From Lingula anatina (lineage: Eukaryota > Animalia > Brachiopoda), in NCBI GenBank assembly GCA_051362555.1, contig CM120640.1:48958788-49022787 (forward strand): 64,000 nucleotides of DNA, read 5' to 3'. Positions 52,801 through 63,025 of the stretch are shown piece by piece; positions within the stretch are counted from its first letter, which is position 1; each line of letters opens with the position of its first letter. Under the pieces are notes generated by a model. It did no database searches, was not told the origin of the DNA, and saw nothing but the letters and a program-made list of their open reading frames with translations. The position numbers and the translations under genes are program-made.

Positions 52801-55044
52801 TCCGCAGATTTCAATGTTTATTCTGAACATGTGCATGATGTCATTGCTTGCAACCAGTGCTTAAAACTTTTGGTTGTATTGTTAAATTGACTGCATGACT
52901 TTTTACACCCAATTTACCTCACATGCCCTTGTCAATGTATTCTGTTTTTTTAAAGTTGGTGCACCCATTCAGCTTCACAAACAAAAAAGGTATTGTTTGG
53001 TGTTAGAGAAAAGGTTTCTGTAGAACTGTTTTTAAAAGTATTTTACATGAAAGATTTTCAGTATATTTTGCTTGAATTGATTCAAACCTTCATTTGCACT
53101 TGGTCAGTGTTTTTGTGTATGGTATTGTTTACTGTTTGTGTTTATTGTGTCATGTTAAAATTTTGCTGCATGTATACTGGGTAATATTTGATTGGAAGAG
53201 TTAAAAGAACTCTGCAAAGCATCTCTTGGAACAGTATGAGTTAATGTGTATGTGTGTATGTTAGACAGTTAGTGTCTCTTATTGTTGTTTCTTAAATGCA
53301 TAACTGAGTTTGATGTTTGAAGGCAGCCATAAAATTGATACTGTATATACACAAACTGGATTGTTTTGGTTGTTGATTACCTTCATTACCAGAATAATAT
53401 TTAATTCCAGTGGTCAGATGACCCCCTTCCCAACATGCTTCAGGATGCCAAGCATTCAGATGCTCAGACCAACAGGGCACTGAAAGAGAAACTTTACTAT
53501 GATGTCATTCATTATTTTGACAAAGGAAAGGTTGGTTGTACATTGAATTTAACAAATATTTGGTCGACAACTTCAAATACAAAAATGTCAGAAAGACTGA
53601 CTTGTTTAGCTGGAATTAAATGTGAAATATTCCTACTTTTACATGTGTTTCTGGAGGGCACTTTGCTGATTTACTTTACACAAAGTTTTGTTTCAGTGCA
53701 TGGTTATCAGGGCAGTAATCAAAGTTGTTGAGAAATGGCTGCACTGAACAGTTATTACAATTAGCATATTAAGACTTAGTGATATACATGTTATTCACAA
53801 AAGAAATATCACCAATTTCAGATGTGGGAGAAAGGCATTGAGCTTTGCAAAGAATTGGCCAAACAGTGTGAAAATGAAACATTTGACTATATACAGTTGG
53901 CTAAAATACTGGTAAGACCTCTTTTCAATGTTATCCAGGCCTTCTATCAATGGCCAGCTGACAGGTGATATTAAAATCTTGAACTGTGGTTACATAAAGA
54001 CTGCAGGTACACTGAGGAAAGTGAGACCTTTCAGCAACCCCACAAAATTCTTTTATTCCTAACTTATTATCATTACAGTTTGGCCACATCATATTTCAGT
54101 ACTCTTGGCAATCAGTTGCAGATTTACAGATTTATCTCACAGCCACTGAGTTACAGAAAGTTTTGTATTAATTCTCATTTTAGTTTGACATTAATAAAAG
54201 TGGCCTAAACTGGCAAAATATCAATCAATCTATATATTGTGTTTGTCGAGTTACTTCATTAGTGCACTCATGTGGAGGAGATACAAATGATGTAACTGTA
54301 AGTTAACTCTAAACATAACTTTAATTTTTTTATTGTTTATGGTGGCTGTAACTTGTAGTAAATCCATCTGCCAAATTGTTTCAGGGACAGGAAGCAGAGT
54401 TTTACACCTTCATAATGAATCAGATGCGCCCAGAACCTGAATACTTCCGTGTTGGCTTTTATGGCAAAGGATTCCCTTCTTTCCTGCAGGTAACCACTCT
54501 ATTCTGGTTATCATTTGTAGGTTATACACTTATAAGTAATGTCAGTGGCAATATAGGATATTTGTTATGAATCATATTCTAAGTTTTGGTTTTTACAAGT
54601 GCAAAGAAATCTGTCTTTGTTTGTTATTACTTTTTAACTTACAAAATGATTTTCTTCTGATTTTCAGAACAAAGTGTTTATTTATCGTGGAAAAGAATAT
54701 GAAAGGTTGTCTGACTTTACTACAAGGTTACAAAACCAGTTCCCTAATGCACAGGTAATGATGTACTTCATATTTTTCAGTATCTAATACAGTACATTCA
54801 TTTAAGTGCAATTTCATGCTTAAATGATATCATTTTAATTATCATTTTAATAAGTTATACAATTATATTATGCAATGAATCATGGACTGCTTGTTTACTC
54901 TTTTTCAGCTGATGAAAACGTTGACACCACCTGGGGAAGATATCCTTGAATCTGATAGTCAATGTATCCTTTAAAATGGTTATATTAATCATAAGAATGT
55001 ATATATTTATGGTAAGTAGAAGTAATCAGATCTTGGGGTCTATT

Positions 55045-55078
<34 letters not shown>

Positions 55079-58000
55079 CACAAGCATGCACGCACACACA
55101 TCTGTTATGCTCATAAGTGTAATGAGAGAGAAATACGGACAAAGCTGTACAAGCAGTCCTTGTCAGGGTAATGCACAACTTGGGATCATGTTTCTTTAAC
55201 TGGATTGAAGATTTACAAATAAATGCTGTCACTCCAATTTTGGAACCCAAGAGAAGATTCCAGGGTAAATCAGTCAGTGAACAGATTCTCAGGTAAGTCT
55301 GCAGTAGTTATACTAGACCTAACAGATCTTTTGAATAGAAATTAAATTAATTTTCTTTGGTTCGAAAGAGAAGGAAAGGAACCAATGTCCTATTACTTGA
55401 TAAAAATAAAGTAGTACTGGACACTTACTTTTGCTCCTTTTTTGACATTCACAAAAACATTCAATAGATTTATATAGTATACTGTCTTTGTTTCAGATAT
55501 TACAAGGTTAATGAAGTGCAAAAGTTTACTTACTCTAGAAGAATGGCTGCTGAAGATGGCACCAATGAGTTTACGGTATGTGGATTTTGATACAGTATCT
55601 TGGTAAAGTCCATTTTTTGAAGTGCCACAAGTTGTTTCTTGTAATCTATGCTGTCTGTGGTTTTAATTAATAATCAAAAAGGGTGAGCTAAAAATTTTGT
55701 CATTGAATTTTTTACCATTGAAATCTTATAATCAGAAATTCAAAATCAATTTTAAACCTTATTTCAGAGTATGTGGCTAGAAAGAACCAATCTGGTGACA
55801 TCCTACCCTCTGCCAGGAATCCTCAGGTGGTTTCCAGTGGCGTCCACCTATGTGGTAAGAGCATGTGATTTAGATTAAAGGCAATGAGATTTTGGTTAAG
55901 TTCGCCTTAGTGTCTCTTTTAAAAACTTAAGTCAATTTTACCACTGAATGTCAGTCTCATAAGCATTGACATATTGAAGTAATGTTACGTAAATCCTTTT
56001 TTCTATTAGATTACCATTTTATCAACTTCTCTGGAGAATGAGGAAAATCAATCATGGCTTTCAAATGGTTTATTAAAATGTAATTTCTCCTTAAGTTTGA
56101 AGTCAGTCCATTGGAGAATGCCATCGAGACAGTTGAGACAGCCAACGCTAAAATAGAGGATCTGACAGAGCAGCACATGTCTTCCAATGACCCCAAGCTC
56201 CGTATTGACCCCCTTAGTATGGTCATCAACGGAGTGGTGGACCCTGCAGTCAATGGAGGAATCACTCGATACAAGGTGAGTCTAATAAGCAAAAGTGATT
56301 TTTTGGCAATTATATATTCAAGTTGTGATCATAACAGTTTTTTAATGAGAGGCAACAAATAGGCCACTTAAGAAATTGAAGTGTTTGATTATCAGGCAAG
56401 CCAATTAAAGAGATTGTATGAAGTATGCAGTAGTATATAATGTTTTAAATGACACATTGACTGTCCTCTGGTGTATTTTCGGTCAATTCACATATTTATG
56501 ATTCCTTTTAGATTTTCTATTCAGAAGAGTACTTACAGAAGTATCCTCAAAAGAAAACATTTGAGTTAGTATCAAAACTGAAAGAGGCCACAACTCAGCA
56601 GGTAAGTATAAATTAACTGATATTGTCTTTTTTCTAAAATTGGACAGAAACCCCACTGACATACGTTTTGTATATTTGAAATTTATAGTGAATATTAAGA
56701 GGTATATATTTGTATATTTTTGGATACTAAGAGATGCCAATTCAAATGTTTGAAGTCTGAATATTGTTATATTTCCTTTATTTATTTACAGGTAGCATTA
56801 CTGGAAACTGCCATTACAGTGCATGGCAGAAAGGCCCCTGATACTCTGAAACCTTTCCATGCTCATCTGGAGATGAGGTTCACACAGATGAAGGATCTAA
56901 TTGAAAAGGAGCTTGGTATAAAAGTAAGAGAGAAAATAGCTAGTTGCTTAAAACAGTATTGGTTGGCAGAAGGAAGTGTGTTGGTAAATGTAACATCACA
57001 ATTGTGGGATATACTGTATTGATGAGTTTGGTCAAAGTTGATTTTGTGAATATCTGCTCTGCGCTGATCTGTTTTGTATGGTAATTGTAAAGTGCGTTTT
57101 ACCTTTATTTTCATGACAGATTTTGAATAGAAAGGCGATCTATGGTGTTCTTAGCATAATGGTATTCACATATGAATTGGAGATATAATTTGACCATTTC
57201 TTTGTTTATTATGTTTTTGGTAATAAGTCTTTTTTTTGTGAAATTCTAGGTAAAAGACCTGAAGCTGAACAAGGTGAAGGTGAAGAGAATCCAGACATTG
57301 CCACCACAGTCCCCAACACGAATTACCCTGGATATACCAGAGTATGTACAGGCTTTGCAGATTAAGATCCAGATTTAAATCCTTCAATCTGTAAAGCATG
57401 CCCTTTGGCAGTTGGCTTCAGTTTGATTAATTTTTAACAAAACTTGAACAATCTAGTGAATGCTTGAATTTCATGTATGCGTAATTTTTAAAATAAATAT
57501 AAGATGAATGGTTGAGTGGGAAAATTATAATGGGCTCCATGGTTCATGGGGTGTGGCAAATGTTTAAATGAAGGAAAGGGGTCTTGTGCTGCACGAAGTT
57601 GTTCACTCACTTTCAATCATTATCATGCTGCTAGAAAAAGGAGCCCAGCTAAGCACAGACATCACAGGTATGAAGTGCCAGCATCCAACCTTAATGCTCT
57701 AATTATTTTGCCGTTTGCTTTTATTATTCATTTAGACGTATCTTGCATTTGCTTGTTTTGCAATTGATATGACTAACAACAGTTAGTATCAAAAATTTGC
57801 ATCTCCTTTCTAAGCAGAGCCCACTTTAGATGAAAAGATAAAACAAAGTGCTGCTATTGCTTTTACTCTCTCATGTTGGTAATCAGTTTCTTTTTTCTTG
57901 CTCTCCTGCATTTCTTGTTTTCCTTTTACAACTGCTAAAATCCCTTCTTAAGCTGCTAAGGTCTGTATGATGTCAGCTTATTAATTTTTTTCAAGGTGGT

Positions 58001-59477
58001 TTGTGGTAATACCAGTACCTTCCACATAGGTTTAACCACTAGTGATGATTATTTAACGTTTAACCATTAGTGATGATTATTTAACAGTAATCAATAACTG
58101 ACATATTCAATAATGCATTTCGTATTAACATTTTCATTCAATACTTGAAAGTGTTTGGTACATTCAGTGCTTCCTCTTGCTACTTTGAAATATTTTTGCT
58201 AATTATCTTACATTTACAAATTACTAACAGCTTAGCCTTTTTTGTTCTCACATCCACTGTGAAAAAAATACTTAACGAAGACAATGTAACATTTTTTGTG
58301 CCATTTTAGGACGATTTCACCAAACCCTCACCGTGGCTCTCCCAACCGCAGTCATTCTACTGTGGGTACTGTCAGATCAGGGTCCCCCACCAAGATGCAG
58401 ACCCCGGGCAAAGTGAAGAGCATGATTGCCACTAGTAAAAGGAACACAACCTCTAGTGATACTTCAGAGAGCAGCACAGGGAGCATGGTGATCGAGTTAA
58501 ATGAACAGGTAACTTAGTCTTGTTTATAGGTCAGCCTATAGCAAAATAACCAGAAATATTTTCTCGAATTGTTAAATAAATAGCCAATGAATATTTTTCA
58601 ACAGAAGGTGACAAAAAAAATGAATGAAAAATTTTCATGGTAAATGTTAACAAAATCTTTTATTTCATTTTCATTCTATGAAGTTGACCCCAAAGAGACC
58701 CCTTCGCCCCAACAGTGGACACATCAAGCTAAATGGGAAGCCTCTATCAGTGGTCTCAGGTCAGTACTGCTTCATCACACTCTCTTCAACCTAATCAGTC
58801 CATCTTTGTTTTCAGTCTGGCCACTCTAACACCAAAATCATATTTAATTTTAATTTGACCTAATACTCAGCAGGCCATTTTTAAGGAACATTTATCCTTA
58901 TAATGAGCATCAGTGCCTTTAAAACTGAAAATGTCTGTGATATACATTTTAATATTTGTCATTTCCTTCAGATACTGGTTCATCTGCTTCTCTTGCCAGC
59001 ATGGTCAACTCGGTTCTACAGTCAAATTTCACAAATTCCGGGGATTCTGAGGAGCCTCCGCCACTTCCAGAGAAGCAGGCATATGCAGACTATGGAAACA
59101 TAGATGAGGATGCCCCTCCACTACCAGTCAGGAAGAGTGGCACCATGAGAGCATCTCACAAGGACAAAGTAAGAGCAGATTTTAGTATTTGTGGTTGAGG
59201 ATTTTCAGTTTTAGTGTAAAATGCTTTGAATAATGAAATGAAAACTATGCCTGCCTGTGTTAAACAAGACAATCACCTTGTGCAAGACTTTCACATGTTT
59301 TTATAGCAAATAAATTTTGACAGAAGAGTATGTGTATTCTGTAAAATGTATAAGGGATTGTCATTTTCTGGTGCTTCTTTTTTCCAGCCTCAGCCTCCCT
59401 TACCACTAGATTCATCACAGCAAGAAGTCCCTCCTAATCCTCCCAAGAAACCAGATAGGAAAACAACATTTGACTGA
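34830..59477 (+). CDS. DOCK1: Dedicator of cytokinesis DOCK-A family Rac-GEF (DOCK1/DOCK180/myoblast city-like), about 1831 aa, 53 coding exons
   Basis: Exons: 34830-34869, 35758-35841, 37910-38006, 38589-38685, 38913-39002, 39340-39395, 39647-39734, 39953-39988, 40181-40329, 40492-40573, 40811-40874, 41146-41217, 41424-41502, 41622-41742, 41964-42170, 42495-42590, 42775-42847, 43026-43129, 45821-46013, 46323-46420, 46810-46899, 47114-47214, 47436-47570, 47888-47996, 48112-48182, 48429-48535, 48853-48980, 49336-49431, 49755-49948, 50095-50167, 50300-50400, 50913-50971, 51096-51167, 51472-51569, 51727-51812, 52025-52181, 52434-52565, 53411-53530, 53822-53911, 54385-54489, 54668-54754, 54909-54963, 55211-55292, 55497-55575, 55768-55854, 56096-56275, 56512-56601, 56792-56923, 57250-57341, 58310-58508, 58684-58759, 58972-59168, 59388-59477. 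Phases are all compatible (5496 nt). Domains: N-terminal SH3 ([28 protein letters not shown]), [15 protein letters not shown]-1 C2 ([19 protein letters not shown]), DHR-2 ([36 protein letters not shown]) and a proline-rich tail (PPPLPEK, PPLPVRK). Confidence 0.96.
43284..43524 (-). mobile_element. Short (about 240 bp) HINE-like non-autonomous element in DOCK intron 18
   Basis: Subterminal IR ACCTCTGCCAAGG (43311-43323) / CCTTGGCAGAGGT (43508-43520), a (CAAA/CAGA)n tract, stem-loop GCACTC-CGA-GAGCGC, an AACTAG end and a single core unit (..AAATTTCATCAAAATCGGTCCATAACTTTTTGAGTTATG). Confidence 0.8.
44749..44794. repeat. Poly-C tract (G-rich on the minus strand)
   Basis: About 45 nt of C interrupted by two T. 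Confidence 0.9.
54964..55210 (+). other. U12-type (minor spliceosome) GT-AG intron in the DOCK DHR-2 region
   Basis: Donor GTATCCTTT matches the U12 consensus perfectly. Branch site TTCTTTAAC ends 10 nt before the 3' end, and the acceptor TGGATTGAAG is purine-rich. Splicing restores SQ-Y-LQINAV in frame. Confidence 0.9.
55047..55100. repeat. (CA)n microsatellite
   Basis: A CA run with a degenerate extension inside the U12 intron. Confidence 0.9.
57635..57667 (+). CDS. Candidate 33-nt frame-preserving cassette exon of DOCK ([10 protein letters not shown])
   Basis: CTAG|AAAAAGGAGCCCAGCTAAGCACAGACATCACAG|GTATGA. Phase 2-2 matches the flanking intron phase, and there is no stop. Confidence 0.45.
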
Positions 59478-60771
59478 CAGTGCCATGGTTATGATAAATG
59501 GTCCCTTCTACAAACAATTGTCTAAACTGTCATTTTGACTGACAATCAGACTGTCAGTTATCCTGCATTTACATGGTTTATAATGCTTGGTCATCAAAGA
59601 GTCTAAATTTGTATTGGCTGGTAATAATTGGTATTATTATGGTTTTTAGTTAACAAAAATTGAGTAGAGATTACATTATGGTTTATAGGATTGGTCTGAA
59701 ACAGACAATGAACATTGTTGGTGCTTTGTTAATTGGGATGTGTACATGTGAGTCCTGTTCTCAGTTTTGAACTGGAGCTATGTTTTAGATGTATTGAATC
59801 TCAGATTGTACTTACAGCTTGTGTGTGTGAGATTGAATGATTTTCATTGAGTATGATATGATGAACCCTGGTGGCTTTTTATGAGAACACTTGTAAAATT
59901 ATATTAAAATTGACAGGTATGGAAGGCAATATTTTATCAAATTTAAACATTAAAACACAGTGTGTATGAAATACATGATGCAGAATTTAAATGGAAGAGA
60001 AGCATTTACTGGTATAAATGTCAAGTTTTTTTTATTGAAAAAAAACCCAACAATTTGTATATATAGGCTTTTTCACCTTTTAAAGATTTTACGCCATATA
60101 TTACATTGCAATTAGTTTTTGAAACAAGCTGACAAACCACTTTAAAAATGGGACATTTTGATAAACAAATCTTAATATTACATCCTGAAATAAAGGTGCA
60201 TATTAAACAAGTAACTAAGTTTAAAATTTGCCTATTATTATAGGCTGAAGGTAGGTGTGTCAGTTTTATTACTGCTGAGTGGACTAATGTCTCAACCAAC
60301 CTTAGAACGCAAATCAAAACTTGTTTGTGTTGCATTCTTTCTGCCCCTTACAGGAAAATATGTTGCTTACTTGTTATATTCGTGCTAATTTAAATGCTGC
60401 CCCTACCACAATCATTTTTACGTGTTCATGTCCCATTTTGAAACTTTTCAAAAACTTTGTGTAGATTTAAATCATTTGCCAAAGGAAAATGTATTGATAA
60501 TACACTGGAAATACAGTGGAGTGTATCTTTGTATTTTTTTTTATGTGAAAGCTTATTGCCGACAAGTTGAATTGGTGCCTAAAAGTTGCTTTTATACATG
60601 TTTATTTATTAATTAAGATATGTAATTAAAAGGCAAAATGTGTCCTTACATGTAGGTTTACATTAGTGGAGTGCTTAATCGCAAAATTGGTTATCATTAA
60701 CGTCTTGTCATATTTTGTGTACATATACATATATACACTTCTTCATAACCATAGATGTCAGTTTATACTGC

Positions 60772-60777
60772 AATAAA
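60772..60777 (+). terminator. Candidate polyadenylation signal of the DOCK gene
   Basis: AATAAA about 1.3 kb after the stop at 59477; another AATAAA lies near 60189. Confidence 0.35.
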
Positions 60778-61800
60778 ATCAATTACAGAAGTACCCCAGA
60801 AAATAACTTATCAATGAATTTGGTGTTGATTATGAATTTTATTCATTACAATATAACATAAGATACAGAATTTATTGCAATGCTCATTATCATTCCTGCT
60901 TTGACTGGGTTAAAACATGATACATAATCTAAATAAATTTATTTCCTTATAAGAATAAAATGAAGCGACTAGTGGTAAAAATACAGAAGCGTAACAAGTG
61001 GAATGAGTGGCAACTGTATGTCCATTGTTTAAGTGCAAAATTTTCAAAGTGTCAAATCAACTTAAAATGAAAATGAATATGAAGGAAGTACAACTAAACT
61101 GAATTATTAAAACAGTAAACTGTATTGGGACCCATTGGTCTGGATTGAGGAGAAATATTTTGAACAGAAAGACTAAAGGGGCCCCACTAGTGCCAGCCAT
61201 GAATTTTATTAAATGTAAATTACAATGTAACATAGGATACACACTCTATTTGAACAATAACATTCAAATCTCAAATTCTTGTCAACTTGGATTAAATTAT
61301 TTTTGATATACGTAACAGAATTAATGATAGTTCATGAATGAAGAAAAGGCAAAAATAGCACATTGCATGTGAAATACATTGTTGTATGTACACATAACTT
61401 GAATGTTAGAATAATTATCTAATCCCGTAAGAATATAACTCGATCTCAGTCCTAAATAATAAGATGAATACTGATATTTGGCACTATTCACTTAGTAAGA
61501 GTAAAGCATAAACATCTCTAAAACATGATACTATTTGCTTTTAAAAATGTCAGTCTGCCTTGAATGGGCTTGTTAATGCGACTCAATTTAGGTCATAACA
61601 TACATTTCTTGCATCTAGAGAAAAACTAGGTCTGTTTTGTAGCAATATATAAAAGATTATCATGAAATTATAATCTTATTTATGAACTGTACATATACGG
61701 TCATGGGGGTCACTCGTACTATCTTGTGTGTCAATTTGAACAATGAAGACGACGATGCATACATGTTCCGGCTACTGCATCGGGAAAACACGAACATGAA

Positions 61801-61923
61801 GTCACGTGATATCAATAGACAAAGCACAGACGTAACATTTGGCGGTAAAGTATAAAAGGAGGGTGGACAAAGCGGACATAACAAAAGGTATATTGGATAT
61901 TAAACAAAGTCCAACAAGAAAAG
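61801..61923 (+). promoter_or_regulatory. Candidate Pol II promoter and non-coding leader exon of the YR element
   Basis: E-box GTCACGTGAT (61801), E2F-like TTTGGCGG (61838), TATAAAA (61851), then donor AAG|GTAAGG at 61923/61924. Acceptor TTTATTACAG ends at 62122, 3 nt before the SGNH ATG. Confidence 0.5.
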
Positions 61924-62125
61924 GTAAGGTGAAGTTTTCTATATATAACGTTTTCATATTTAAGTTTAATTTAAAGAAGATATAATTATACTAAGCAAGT
62001 ATAAATGAATAAAATATAAATTTATACGCCAGTATACTTAATAAATCATATAGAATAATGGTAACATAACAGATTAAATAACTAAAAGTCCACCCTCCAC
62101 AGACATATTACCTTTATTACAGCTC

Positions 62126-62798
62126 ATGGATAGACGCAATATTTTGATAGTAGGCAGCAGTATTATTAGAGACTTGCAATGGACAACAAATTATTTTTTC
62201 AATCTGCGGGGCCCAAGAATTTCATATTATGCTAAGGGAGGGGCTACCATCCATACAATATGTAATGACCCATACTTTTGGGAGGCGTTAGAAGGAAAAG
62301 ACTTCATTTATTTTCAATTAGGAGGCAATGACATAAAAATTTTCTCTTCACCAAAACAAGTTCGAGACAATATTATACTTCTCATACTAACAATAAAACA
62401 ACGTCATCGAAACATGCAAATATATTGGGGACAATTATTACGTCATGCGGCTTCAAACACAAGCCGATTTATATGCAACAGCCAACAGGAAAACGACTAT
62501 AACGATCAAGTGTGGCAAATAAATGACAGCATACAATCTACTGTAGATGATCTTGGAGGTATTTTTGGACAGCATACAATCTACTGTAGATGATCTTGGA
62601 GGTGTGTATTTTTGGACCCATCAGAGAATAAATGACTGCTGGAGGGAATGTTTGAGGAGTGACGGAACATATTTGAATGACAAAGGAACAAAGAAATTAT
62701 GGCGATCTAATCGAGGTGCTATTATTTTCTCTGCACCTATATACCGTAAGTATGAATGGATATGCATGGGCATAAACCTTACTGTATATACTCCTTGA
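62126..62798 (+). pseudogene. SGNH/GDSL hydrolase ORF (Ngaro/DIRS-associated type) broken by a 43-bp duplication
   Basis: Blocks ILIVGSSII, KGGATI, QLGGND and RSDGTYLNDKG are present. A duplicated segment at 62525 and 62568 shifts the frame, and removing it gives one 209-aa ORF. Confidence 0.8.
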
Positions 62799-63025
62799 TC
62801 AATACATATGAGATACGCCTTGTTTATTTAAGATTTCGTGTCAGTATTTTACGTGATTGTGGGAATAAGGTGCATGGGCATCAATGAATATTACCTAAAG
62901 TGCATGACGCTTCATGCCCGTATCAGTCACTGACACCCATAGAATACTAACATTTTTTCAGGCCATGAGTCGACCTCCCTCCATACCTCCACCTCATCAA
63001 GGATTCATCAGGAAGCTTTTGATAG

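Noticed and set aside
57953-57960. 8-nt microexon candidate after a long pyrimidine tract in DOCK intron 49
   Set aside because: Not a multiple of 3, gives an in-frame TAA, and has a weak donor (GTCTGT).
61647-61683. AAGATTAT-N9-ATAATCTT inverted repeat as the YR attachment site
   Set aside because: Very AT-rich and only 8 bp perfect; it cannot be separated from chance without other element copies.
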